Under the pieces are notes generated by a model. The model made no database searches. It saw nothing but the letters and a program-made list of their open reading frames with translations, and was not told the origin of the DNA. This document shows positions 21,928 to 61,160 of a stretch of DNA of 64,000 nucleotides, piece after piece; the stretch's first letter is position 1; every line of letters starts with the position of its first letter. Origin of the DNA: the human T2T-CHM13v2.0 reference genome, Homo sapiens; NCBI RefSeq assembly GCF_009914755.1, contig NC_060931.1; one strand, written 5' to 3'. The translations under genes and the position numbers were made by a program.

Positions 21928-22378
21928 CTGAACGCGCAGATGCAGGGTGAGAGGCACCCCAGGAAAAATGGAAGGGAAAGTGGTACAAGTTAAAACAGTC
22001 TTCGTGGCCGCAGAGACGATCGCTACCTCGGCCATGGCAGATCTGGGGGTCCGGGGCGGGGGTTCTTCCCTGATACCCACCGGGCACGCGAGTTCACGCC
22101 AGCGACAGTGGAAAGCCCTCCCCTCGCAGCGCGCTCCGCCACTAGCCGCACCCCGCCGAGCTCTGACCTCCGAAGAGGGTCCCTGTGGCGATCCCGCCCC
22201 TTCGTCTGATGTTTGTGCCTTTGATTGGCTCTTAGGTGGATCCCTCAGCGTGGCTTGCCCAATGGAGCAATGCCGGCTGGTGGCCTGGCCGCTCCGCCCC
22301 TTCCCTACCCCTCGCGGAGGGCCCGCCCCCTGCCCCGCGCCGGCTAGCGGAGGAGAGTAAATACAACAGGAGCGCAAA

Positions 22379-22964
22379 ATGGCGGAACCGCCGAGCCCCG
22401 TGCACTGTGTCGCTGCCGCGGCCCCCACCGCCACCGTCTCGGAGAAAGAACCGTTTGGCAAGCTGCAACTCTCCTCCCGGGACCCTCCGGGTTCTCTGTC
22501 CGCCAAGAAGGTCCGGACTGAGGAGAAGAAGGCACCGCGGAGAGTGAACGGAGAAGGGGGCAGCGGCGGGAACAGCAGGCAGCTGCAGCCGCCGGCAGCA
22601 CCTTCGCCTCAGAGCTATGGCAGCCCCGCGTCTTGGAGCTTTGCCCCTCTGTCTGCTGCTCCCTCCCCGTCCTCTTCTCGGAGCAGTTTCTCTTTCTCCG
22701 CTGGCACGGCCGTTCCCTCCTCAGCCTCCGCTTCCTTGTCTCAGCCGGTGCCGCGCAAACTGCTGGTCCCTCCTACGCTGCTGCACGCTCAGCCTCACCA
22801 TCTCCTCCTGCCCGCCGCCGCCGCCGCTGCCTCGGCTAACGCCAAGTCGCGCAGACCTAAGGAGAAGCGGGAGAAGGAGAGGAGGAGGCACGGTCTCGGT
22901 GGGGCCCGAGAGGCCGGCGGGGCCTCCCGGGAGGAGAACGGGGAGGTGAAGCCGCTGCCCCGAG
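22379..22964 (+). CDS. RSBN1L: RSBN1L coding exon 1 (195 codons + 1 nt; Ser/Pro/Ala-rich N-terminus, then basic patch)
   Basis: ATG in strong Kozak context (caaaATGG), with an in-frame TAA at 22358-22360 upstream. Translation MAEPPSPVHCVAAAAPTATVSEKEPFGKLQ...EENGEVKPLPR is recognised as the RSBN1L N-terminus. Donor GAG|gtgggt at 22964/22965 is phase 1 and joins exon 2 in frame. Confidence 0.95.
22754..22771 (+). repeat. (GCC)4-GCT-GCC encoding a six-alanine tract
   Basis: Read directly in frame within exon 1. Confidence 0.9.
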
Positions 22965-25483
22965 GTGGGTGCCGTGCGGGGAGGGGGAGGGGAGGGCGCC
23001 GCGGGTCCCCGCCGCCCCCTGGCGCCCACGGGGCCCGGGAAGGGGGAGCGCGGCGGCCGCGTGCGCCGGCCTGGAGGGGCTGGGAGGCGTCCGGTTTTCA
23101 GCAGAGGATTTTGCAGTTCCCAAGGGGACAGGAAATGGAGCCTGTAATTTCGGTTGCAGAGAGGGGGATGGCCGACACTCTTATTTTCTGTATCGTTTCT
23201 TCCTCCCAGTTAGTGCGCTGCAGGATTTGTGAAAATCCATCTTGAGGACTCTCCTAGGTTTGTTTGGCTAGGGAGAGAGATGGAGGGAACGGGATGGGGG
23301 AAGGGTTTGGTTTTGTAAAAGATGCTTGATTGATTGTTAGACCACTTAGACGTGGTCGCGGGAATTCGTATTTGTGACACAGCGTTCAACCCCGGATAAT
23401 CCTGTCAAAAAAGGGGTGTGGAGAGAGCACTGGCGTCAGCTGGAAGCTACCAGAGGCCTGAGCTTTTCATCCCTATTAGGGAAATGAGGTAGCGTGCAGG
23501 GCCCGAAGTGCGCTGTTTCGTAAGGTACCCTCCCTGCACCCTACTCTCCGCTGCGTATTCTTAAGTGTTTTGGGTGGTCCTGTTTGAAATACCACCCTTC
23601 TGAAAGAATTTTCAGCCATATTCTTTTTTTCCCTGCAGCAAATGATAAAACCAGGAGCTTTGACGATTTTTCGCCAGATCAAGCGGCTGCAGAATGTTTG
23701 AGCATTAGAAAAAGGCGAATTCTTAAGGGTTCTTGTCAGACAGGGTCAGTTTTGTTTTTAAATGTAGGCTAGTCGTATAATTTTTCAGGTGTTTCCACCA
23801 CTTCAGCTACGGATACACAATGATCTGACAATAGTGCAACATACGGACTAGTTGAAAATCAAATCTTTATGTGATCGCAAGCTTAAAGCGCATAATCTTT
23901 ATTATAAATGTGCACTGCTACACAGTGTTGTCAAATAACTCTTTTTGTTTTTTAGAAAAAGAAATGTCAAGCAGTTTCAGCATTGCTGATCTAACAGTAG
24001 CTCAGATCATGAAAAATTCTGTTTGGATTATAATGGTTTGTTTTCACAACTTAAAACATGCTGCATGTGCATGTAGCAATAGTGTCACTTCTTCCTTGAT
24101 ATTTTTTGCCTGTAGCAAAGCTTTAACATCTAAGCATAGCCATCAGGGACTCTGGTGCAATGTAAATATCTTTCAGCTTCTGGGAGTGTTGTTTCTAGGA
24201 AAGTGGTTTTGAGGATGGGATTTTGGTACTTTTAGTCAGGAATTCCAGGTGATTAGTATTTTAAAGCTATTTTGTTTTAACAATTTATATGTAAAATTTA
24301 GGAGATAAGTGCCTGGAAGTTTGTCCATATGCAGCTTGGTATCATCACTAGTGTTTGTGGTGTGTAAACTGCACATTTGCTGTAAGTTCTCTGAAAGAGG
24401 AAGTGAATATGAGTATTACATAGTTGGAGTAATGGAATATTTGAGAAGAAATAAGTAAGCATTCTTTAACAATTCTAACTTAAAATGTGGAGTACACAAA
24501 TGGTCCTTAAAGTGAAATGGCTGTTAAAGAGGAATTTTTATAGTCTTTTCAATTACATTTAGAATCCTTCTTCTTTTGAGGGTTAACACTAATATTATTA
24601 ATCCTGAATATAAACAGTGATAGGTTTTACATTAAGATGTGGGAATGATCTTTTCCCATGACCTATGTGGGTTTTTTGGAGTAGTGACAAGCTATTAACA
24701 CTACTGTAAGATTTTCATTTTTTCAGACACAAATGCTATCTTGTTGAGGAAAAACTATCAGAGAAAAAGATTCCTTTCCAGTGTCTTGGTGGTAAATTTA
24801 ATGGTGAAAATTTTTCCCTCGTAACTTGGGGAATACTTATATCTTTCTAAAGTTTGGATTTAACTGAATTGATGTTCTGTTTTAACGAATTAAGAAGATT
24901 CTTAAATAGCGGTATTAACAAGTGGTATAGCAAGAATACATATATGCCTTTATTATAGATATAATTGCAAATATGAAAGTCCTGATTTGCAATACAATGA
25001 TCATTTCTCTGTGCTTTTTGTAAAAATCTTAGTGAATGGGTGACCAAGTGTTTGTTTAGGTATATACCTCTTTTTAGTGTTGCCCTAAGTTGGCTGTGCA
25101 TGGTTCAGTAACCCCTCAATTATCCACAGCTGGCTGATTGAACAGTCTGAGTCAGAACCAGACATTAGCTATAAAGACACCTAAACAAGGAAGAGATTCT
25201 CCCTCAACAAAACAAAACTGAACCACACACACTCGAAAGACCTAGCCTGCACCCCAATTTGATTAAACAATTAAGCTCCTGTATTTATTAATAGTAGGGC
25301 TTTTAAAAAGTCCTAAGTCAGAACTGCTTTATTTTTACATTGGTGACCATTCTAACAGAACGTATTTGGGTTAAATGAAAGCATGTATAAGAAAGGGCCT
25401 AGCAGGGTATTTAGTAAATGTTATTTGAGTCTGAAGCATAGTTATTAATTTTTTAACCCTATAACTAATTGAAAGATGGGTGA

Positions 25484-28162
<2,679 letters not shown>

Positions 28163-28547
28163 AAAAGTTTAAGCCTTTAATAAGAATTTTTAAGAGCTCC
28201 TGTCCTTTGTTTCAGTATTATAGTATTTTGTTCCTTTTTCATGGGTGCAACGTTTTCTGTTTCCTCTTCAAGGATATTAATTACAGCTTCTTTGAGGTGT
28301 TCTTCTGTTCTCCCTATTATTTTTGGTTTTTCTTACTTATTTCTGTTTGTTTTGGTTGCTTTCTTTTAGTTGGAGGTTTTGTTCAGATCTTTGTGATCAT
28401 GAGCAAGGTTAATGACTAATGGACTGCTGTGTTTTTAATCTTCATTTCTTTTCTCTGGGTGGTGGGCAAGAAGGCTTTCAGTTTCTTCAGATAGATGTCC
28501 TTTAATTTTCCTGTCTCTTTGTGGGTGGAATGATGGAGAGAGGAGGG

Positions 28548-28922
28548 GTGTCTTAGTCACTCGGGCTGCTATAATAAAATACCATAGAATGGGTGACTTA
28601 ACAGAAATTAATTTTTTTATAATTCTGGTGGCTGGAAGCCTGAGGTCAGCATGCCATCATGGCCAGGTTCTGGTAAGGGCTCTTTTCCTGGTCTGTAGGT
28701 GACTGCCTTCTTCCTGTGTGCTCACATGACTTTTCCTATAATGGAAAGAAAAATCTCTTCCTTTTCTCTTTATAAAGCTACCAATTTTATTGGATTGGGA
28801 CTGTGCCCTTTGACCTCATTTAATCTTAGTTACCTCCGAAAAGCCTTATTTTCAGATACAGTCACATTGGGCATTAAGGCTTCAACATATGGATTTTGGG
28901 GAGGCATGATTCAGTCCATAGT
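28548..28922 (-). mobile_element. MLT1A/B-like MaLR solo LTR
   Basis: tgtcttagtcactcgggctgctataataaaataccataga...ggcttcaacatatggattttgggg...attcagtccata. Confidence 0.8.
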
Positions 28923-29326
28923 GAAGGGCTTGGCAGAGGTAATGAGTTTGTATGACAGGGTTCTAGCGCTTCATGGGGGAAGAAAGCTACAAGTCTTGTC
29001 ATTCATTTCATAAGTTTTTACCTAGTCTCCCTGTTTTCATACCAGCATTTCACTTCTCTTTTCTGTGAGGGATACCCCTCATCTTGGAGCCACTCTGATT
29101 CAGTTTTACTGAGGACCATACCTCTTGTTTCCTTAGGAGTGTGTGTTTGTGGGTATTCTGCCCTATTTCCTAGCGCCCTCTGATTTCTGAGCTTTTCTGG
29201 GGTATTGCAGGATAAAGAGGATTGTTTGTCATTATCTCTCCCATTATGCTAAGGCATTTACCATTCTACCATCAGCTTTTTGTCTTTATACATTGTATTT
29301 CAGGTAATAGTTACAGTATCTCCTAG

Positions 29327-35517
<6,191 letters not shown>

Positions 35518-36480
35518 TAGAATCCTTCTTAGTTCCTAGGTAAGCAATTAACTGTTCAGAGTCTTCCAGCCCCACCCCCTAATTTTCCTTATTTGTCTTC
35601 TGCCACTAAGTTTCAGCATTTGGTTTGGTTTTGGGCCCTTTGTACTCTTCTTTCTGGCTTTTGCTAATTGCCCTGGTATTTTTCTAGTGTCCATTGTTAG
35701 CACTCCTCAAATTTTAACTTAGTCCATTTTTAAATCTATATAAATTGCCTCCTTGACATTTAATATGTCCTTAGATATTTTTTAAACTGTAAAATTAACG
35801 TGTTCAAAACTTTTAGTCTTCTTTATCCAGATTTGTCTTGCTATGTATGTTCCTTGTCTCAGTACCATATACCTAGTGGCTCCGTCTTGGAAACTGGATT
35901 TGTACCCTCTGCTCTCATTGAACTTGTGGCCAAATCTTGTTACCACTCACTGTCTTTCATATCTTTCCACTTTTGCTCTGTCTTTTCTACTAGTTTTAGT
36001 TCAAATTACCATTATCTCTTGCCAGGATTATTGCACAGTTGCCTCCTTAGTGGGCTCCCTATTTCAGATCCATGTGCTTTCACTTCATTCTTCATGCTAT
36101 ATAGTCAGAGTGATAACCAGATATCTAAATGCATATAGTCTACAGACATACCACCCTGAACCCTGTATCTCATCTAAATGCATGTCTAATCATCTCACTT
36201 TTCTGTTTATGGGATGAAGTTCAGATTCCTTGAAATGTCTTCCACAGCTCTGGATGATCATATTCTTGTTTTGTTCTTCAGGTTCTCCTCAGTGCTCCTC
36301 GCCGCCTAGAACTTTCTCTACCCGTTTTCTTTCCATCCCCAGCTCCACACTTTTACTACACCTAGCTAATGTCTGCTCATCTCTCTAGGTCTCAACTTGA
36401 GAGGGAGGCCTGTGCTCCTCTATGACTAGGTTAGGTTCCCTTCACTTTGTTCTTCTCTTATCCTGACTTTCTTTGCTTCA

Positions 36481-39696
<3,216 letters not shown>

Positions 39697-39699
39697 TCT

Positions 39700-42160
<2,461 letters not shown>

Positions 42161-42180
42161 AGGTTTGGGTCAAGATTCCC

Positions 42181-46935
<4,755 letters not shown>

Positions 46936-47229
46936 TACTGCTTTTTTTCTTATGTGGATTTAACACTTATTTATGGCCCGCTTTGTGCTTGGGTGGTGGT
47001 GGAAGAAAGGGAGATACAAAGAGGAGAACTTTCTGTTTCTTTCCTTGAGATAATTTTTAATTTAATTGGAGAGATAAATAGCTGCAATGTAAAAGACACT
47101 GCTCATTGTTGGTAATTTTGTTTTTTTTTTTTCTGTGTATTGCTTTTTTGTCTTCTATGATTGCCTTCAAATGCTTATCAATAGTAATTTCCTTCTTTTT
47201 ACTTAAATCTTTTGCCTCCTGGAAACTTC

Positions 47230-48380
47230 ATTCACATTGAGCATCACTTATATGCAAAGCACCATTCTAGGTTCTACAGAAGGTAGCAAAGAGCAAGATA
47301 TGATAATTGCAAAGGAGCTTAGAAACCAGGAGGGCAGATTGAGCAGTTATACAAAAAATCAGAATTCAAATTATAGAAGAGGGAGGAGGAGGATATGATC
47401 ATTTGTGATTATGGGCATCAAGGAGTGCTTAGTGGAAGAAGCTAAATTTCACCGTAATCTTACAGGATGTGTAGGATTTGGGCAGGAGGAATTGGGATGG
47501 GCAATCGCATTTTAGCTAAGGGATATATTAGTAAAAATATTGGAGTAAGACATTTGAGTAATGATGAATCAAGTAATCCGGAATCTTGTTATATATGTGG
47601 GTGAATAGTTGAAGAAAAGGCTAAAAGAAGGTGAGTCTTAACTGAAGATTCTTGAATGACATATTATGGGAGTTTTCTGTTTTTAGATAGGCAGAGGTAA
47701 GCTGAGTTGGTTTATTCATTCGTTTTAAGCAGAAGATAGTGACATGGTAAACTATACATTTAAGGAATCTTTTTTGGTCACTGTGCTTACTTGGTGGAAA
47801 GGAAAGAAACTATAGGTACGGAAACCCTTTCTTTTAAAAGCTAGTGAGAATACACTAGGTGGTGACTCTGGAAAGGGAAAAAAAGATGGAAATATTTTAA
47901 CGAAGTATAAACTGAACTGGTCAAGTGATTTAGTGTTAGGGGAAAATTGAAGAAAGAAGTATTATTAGTGTTACTGAAAATTTTTTGTATTTGGATGTTG
48001 GATGAGGATGTGCCATTAACATAGAGAATTGGAAGGAGAACTTGAACTTTTTTATATTAGAAAGATGATATTTTGGTGTTAAATATTATGGAGATGAAGA
48101 TGTGGAGTTTGGCAGAGGGGTTGGGTTGGGAGATTAATTTGGAGATTAGTTTGCCACAGGGTTATAGTTTACATCATGTGAGTGCATTTTTAGAGGCAAT
48201 ATAGAGAAGAGAGAGGAATGCCTAGGAGAGATCCTAGGTAAATGTGCAGGTTTGGATGGTGGGATTATGAGAATGAGGGAGTAGTCAGGTAGGATAGTAC
48301 AGTTTCAGTGAAACTTAGGGAGAAATTTTGAGAAGGAATTGATACTGTTATGTTGCAGTGAGGTCCACGGAAAAAAGGGC
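47230..48380 (-). mobile_element. Degenerate L2
   Basis: cattcacattgagcatcacttatatgcaaagcaccattctagg (L2 3' end, reverse) followed by a purine-rich L2 body. Confidence 0.55.
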
Positions 48381-48848
48381 TGAGAAGCCACTGGATTTTT
48401 TAGCTTTGATTAGCTGTGTTAGCGAGGGGCTGTGATAAATCACTTCTTTCCCATTTACTGTTTGTGAAGTCCTTTCTCTTCTTTTTACTGTATCCTTCAT
48501 CTCCTTCAATTTTTATTTTAGTGTATGTAATTGTAATCATTTTGTAATGTAACTGCTTTTCCTTCTGCTTCAAATTCTTTACATTTCTCTTCTTCTGCCG
48601 CTGCTTGTTCTCTCATCTATTTCTAGCCATACATTATTCCTGGAAGGAATAATGTAAGAGAGGGAAGGTGGGGAATGTCATTGTTGTCGTTCAGTTCAGT
48701 TGATTTCATGGACTGCGTTATTATGGTGTGAATTATGGCTCATGGCTCATATTCAGGGCAGGCAAAACTGTGATGGTGTGAAGCTTGTTTGATGTTTGTG
48801 CAGCAACAATATATTGTGACTGAAAGCTGTAGTATGAAATTCTAACAT

Positions 48849-49973
<1,125 letters not shown>

Positions 49974-50300
49974 TTATAATTATTTCTAATTTTCTCCTTT
50001 TTTTCTCCTCTTGATTAACTATAGCATAACATCGAGATAATATATATCAAGTGAGGTAGAACAGCACTTGAACAGTTTTAATGGAGGGAGACCTTTGGAA
50101 ACTTTTTTTAATGTGTTTATGTGAGTACATATTATGTTATATATTCAGTGTTTTACTTTGAATTTTTTTTTCTTGTATCTCCTTCTAATATACTGAGTGA
50201 TTCTAAATCTTTAAAAAAGTATGTATCTGAACATAATTATTAATTCTTTCGGGAAGGAGAGTTAGGCTACCAACTTGATTGTACAAATAATACATAATAT

Positions 50301-51849
<1,549 letters not shown>

Positions 51850-52019
51850 AAGATTATCTAGTTTATTTTTAAAAACCTAAATATACTATATATATGCCTT
51901 TTTCTGTAACCTGCTTTTTTTTTTAGTTAACAGTGTGTCTTGTAGCGCTTCTGTTATATATTGTTAAATTTATATACACATACATATACATGTGTATCTG
52001 TCTGTATTTCTAATTAAGT

Positions 52020-52470
52020 TTTGCCTTTATAAGTTTTTTAGTAAGCATTTCATTTCAGAGTAGTTTTAGATTTACAGAAAAGTTGCAAAGGTAGTACAGA
52101 ATTCCCATACACCATTATTAACATCTTACATTTTTCTAGCACGTTTATCATAGTTAAGAAACAGTAGTGATGCATTATTATTAACTAAAGTCCATACTTT
52201 ATTCAGAATTTCCTTAGTATTTTGTCTTATATCCTTTTTCTGTTCAAGGATCCCATCCAGGATACTGTATTACATTTAATCATCATGTCTCGTTAGATTC
52301 CTTTTGGCTGAGACAGTATCTCAGACTTCCATCGCTTTTAATGACCTTGATTGTTTGAGGTGTACCAGTTAGGTATTTTGTGGAACGTCTCCCAACTGGG
52401 ATTTGTCTGATGTTGTCCTCATGATTAGACTGGAGTTTAGGGTTTTGGGGAGGAAGACAATAACTGTAAA
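52020..52470 (-). mobile_element. L1MC3/4-like 3' end
   Basis: tagttttagatttacagaaaagttgcaaaggtagtacaga...attaactaaagtccatactttattcaga. Confidence 0.7.
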
Positions 52471-52530
52471 TTTTAAAAACAAAATTTAATTTAAAAATAT
52501 CGAAAAATTTATAGTAAGAAGTGTCCCTAG

Positions 52531-53733
<1,203 letters not shown>

Positions 53734-54449
53734 AGAATGACCACTTTTATAACCTAGCTTCTTTCCTTTTTAATAATTCCACATACCTTAGTTAAAACAA
53801 TAGTCAGTGCTTATAATGACTCTGCAAATGCTGTTTAATGCAGATCAGGGAGAGATCCTTTTATATGGCTTTCTTCATTTTTGTGTAGTTAAAAATTGCC
53901 TCTCTTTTTCATTTACTTATGTATTCATTGCTTCATTTTCTCTCTATTCTCTGTGTTCTGTGATAAGAGAAAATTTGTCAGGTCCCCCTTTGTTTCTGGA
54001 GGTCTTGTTTTTAAGAGCTCCATTCTTGTACTTCAGCCTGAACTAGTTATCCGCTGAGCCATCTGCACAGTGTTTATTTTAATACATTCTCATCTGCTCT
54101 TTTATGCTGGGTCCTCCGATCTCACATTGTCTTCCTTTGTTTACTACTCCCTAGTTTACTTGAGCACACCCTCAAATAACTTCCTGTGACAGCATGCATG
54201 TGTGGTAATTTTTTAAAAATTTTTGCTTGTCTGAATATGCCTTCCTGCATACTTGATTGATAGTTTGGCAGATTATAAAATTGTATGTTAAAAATTATTT
54301 TCATTCGCAATTTTGAAGGCATTGCTGTATTGCTTTTTAGCATCTGTGTACTGTTACTGTTGAAGAGTTCATTTCCATAGTTACCTGATCTTTTATGTGA
54401 TCTGTTTATTTTTTACTTTCCTCTAGAGGGTTTTAGTACATTTTAAAAA

Positions 54450-54965
54450 GTCACGAGGGCTGGCTATAGGTTCACGCCCAGAAGACCCGTGGAGCTTGCC
54501 TCCTATGGTGTGGCGCTGCTCAACAGCCACCCTGATTTGGCATCATTTTTGGCAGAGATAAACAGCAGTTTCCTGGGCTGTCTCTAGCTGCCTTCAGGGC
54601 TTTTTCTCCCTAAAGGCACTTGCAGTGCTTCTTGCGGATTAAGGCAGAAATTGTTTTCCTGCAGGAGAACACAAGATGGTGAAGAAGCTGGCTGTCTGCC
54701 TCATTCTTACTTTTTCTAATGTGAAACTTTTAGTCTTGGGGGATTTTTCTATGGGGTGCCTCGCATATTTGGGGAGGGGAATCACAGAAGTCGATTTCTC
54801 TTACCATCTGTTTGGAGTTTTAAATTTCCCTGTGACCCTGGAGATTATCTGTACCTCAGGTTTGAGTTCTGGGATATTGCTAACGATAGTCTTGATCCTG
54901 GATATTTGTTTTTGGTTTTCTGTGGGGAAGAGTGAAGCCAGATGGCTTCTGCTCTGCCATTTGAT
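54450..54965 (-). mobile_element. Probable old L1M 5'UTR fragment
   Basis: Ends in ...ggcttctgctctgccatttg (reverse of an L1 5' start) and is embedded in L1-like AT-rich flanks. Confidence 0.4.
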
Positions 54966-55638
54966 GATGCCACTGTCCTTATTTATTTATTTTTTAACAT
55001 ATTGAAAATATTTTGCTGGCTTATGGCTGTTGAGAAGTCAGTAGACTCTTGGCTGTAGTCTGTTTTTTCCTTCCGCTTCTTTTATAGTCTTCTCTTTGTC
55101 TTTAGCTGTTTTGCAGCTTCCATTGTGGTGTTTTTATGTGTGGAATTCTTTTTATTTATTCCATGTAAGAGTTATTAACTTTCTTGAGTCTGATTTTCTG
55201 CCCTAATTTTGAGGTCTGTATGGCTGCAGTTGGAAGGAGGTGGTGAACAAGAATTTCTCCAAGGTTTCTGGGGGCCCCATAGCTGCAAGGTCAGAACAGA
55301 AATGAAGGCAGTGTCCACTACTGACTCACCTTGGGAGCCCTCATGACTTTAATAATAGTGGAGACTAGTGAATTTTATTGAAACCAGATGAGATTATTTT
55401 GTTACTAAGAACAGGTGTTCCAAAGTGGTAGTTACAATAAGAATCAACTGGCATTTGTTGACTGTAAGATTCTTAGTGCAGTATTCATCTTTATTTCCTA
55501 AATCCATACATGCTTAATAGAAGTATATTGGGTGAATGAGATACATATTACACTGAAGCATATGTGGCTTATACTGCTAAATCATAAGTTCACCATATTT
55601 CTGAAGATCCCATTTGTATTTTGTTTAAAATTATTTTA

Positions 55639-55930
55639 GGCTGGGTGCAGTGGCTCACCACTGTAATCCCAGCACTTTGGGAGGCTGAGGGTAGGTGGAG
55701 TGTTTGAGCACAGGAGTTTGAGACTAGCCTGGGCAACATAGTGAGACCCTGTCTCTACAGAAAATTAAAAAATTAGCTGGGTGTGATGGTGTACACCTGT
55801 GGTCCCAGCTACTTGAGGGGCTTAGGTAGGAGGATCGCTTGAGCCTGGGAAGTCAAGGCTGCAGTGAGCTGTGGTCATGCCACTGCACTCCAGTCCATGT
55901 GACAGAGCAAAACCCTGTCTCAAAAAAACA
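55639..55930 (+). mobile_element. AluJ-like
   Basis: Alu consensus with TSD aattatttta. Confidence 0.88.
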
Positions 55931-56209
55931 ATTATTTTAATGAGTTTCTTTTTTATATCTTAATCTTTATGTGTGGGCTAAACACATACTTTATATATGT
56001 TTAAAAAGTGTGTGTTTAGCCCATGTTCATTTTTCCACATATATGATTTCTTTTTTGTTCTGGGTTGATAGTAACTTAGTCATACATTCCTTCTTTCTTC
56101 CGTTCTTAGATTCCTTTGGCTGTTTGGGTTTAAACTGTATCATAGGTCTGTTTGCATCTGTTTCTCCCACTCCCCTTTGTATTTACTTATTTATGCCTTA
56201 AAAAGTTGA

Positions 56210-57990
<1,781 letters not shown>

Positions 57991-58280
57991 TTTTATTTTT
58001 AAATAAAATGTGTAATCCTTATATTTAGTTTGACTTTTCAGAGAATTTCTTGCTTTTATGGTGTTAGAATTCTTACTTTTATTCTGAGAATTATGATGAG
58101 AAGATCAGTTACGAATTTTTCCCAAGCCTGAGATTAAACTGTGAAGGATAAAACCATACAAATTCTTGGTCACAGAAATAAATGAATAAAAACTGAATAA
58201 GAATTCTAGTCTTGTTAGGAGTAATGTATTATAGTAAACAGTGATGCCACGGCACTGTTTTCCATCACTTCTGTATGTAA

Positions 58281-60775
<2,495 letters not shown>

Positions 60776-61160
60776 TAGACAGCAGCCTATGACAGGATTT
60801 CAAGGACTTTAACATCAGAAAGTAAGAGTGGCAAACCAATCAGAAGTGTGGGAACACTGTAATCTAATTCAGAAGTTAAGTTATATGTGAACAGATAAGG
60901 AGTTTTATCTCGTTTATTCTCCCCTGTATCCCTAATCTTTTTCTTGTACTCAGACTGTGTATTTGTTGAGTCAGTGAATTCCTGTTTGCTGTACTTTCGT
61001 ATGCTTGGAGTGTTATCACTTGAAAAAAAAAAACAAAAAACACTTTGTCAGTGTTATAGGTGAAAGTAATGTCTTTTAATTTGTATATTATTAATGATTG
61101 AAGTTTAAAAATGTTTATTAGCACATGAATTTAATTTTTTGAAAATTTATTTAAGTAGTC

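Larger units (their letters stand above)
21990..23100. promoter_or_regulatory. CpG island / bidirectional TATA-less promoter (RSBN1L +, APTR -)
   Basis: Abrupt rise in GC and CpG content. GC boxes at 22053-22061, 22193-22200, 22294-22300 and 22322-22330. Oppositely oriented CCAAT boxes (ATTGG 22224-22228, CCAAT 22259-22263). YY1-type AAAATGGCGG over the start codon. Confidence 0.9.

Noticed and set aside
22262-22360. Upstream ORF MEQCRLVAW...GGE* in frame with the main ATG
   Set aside because: Its ATG overlaps the CCAAT box, so it most likely lies upstream of the transcription start.
21856-23232. Overlapping ORFs on both strands in the CpG island (216, 137, 110, 103 aa and others)
   Set aside because: Expected from stop-codon scarcity at high GC. 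Most lack an ATG in usable context or a recognisable family. Only the ATG at 22035 (-) is kept as a lead.
22965-23245. C-terminal 93 aa of the 288-aa ORF 22379..23245
   Set aside because: Read-through past the exon 1 donor into a GC-rich intron; the recognised protein continues in exon 2.
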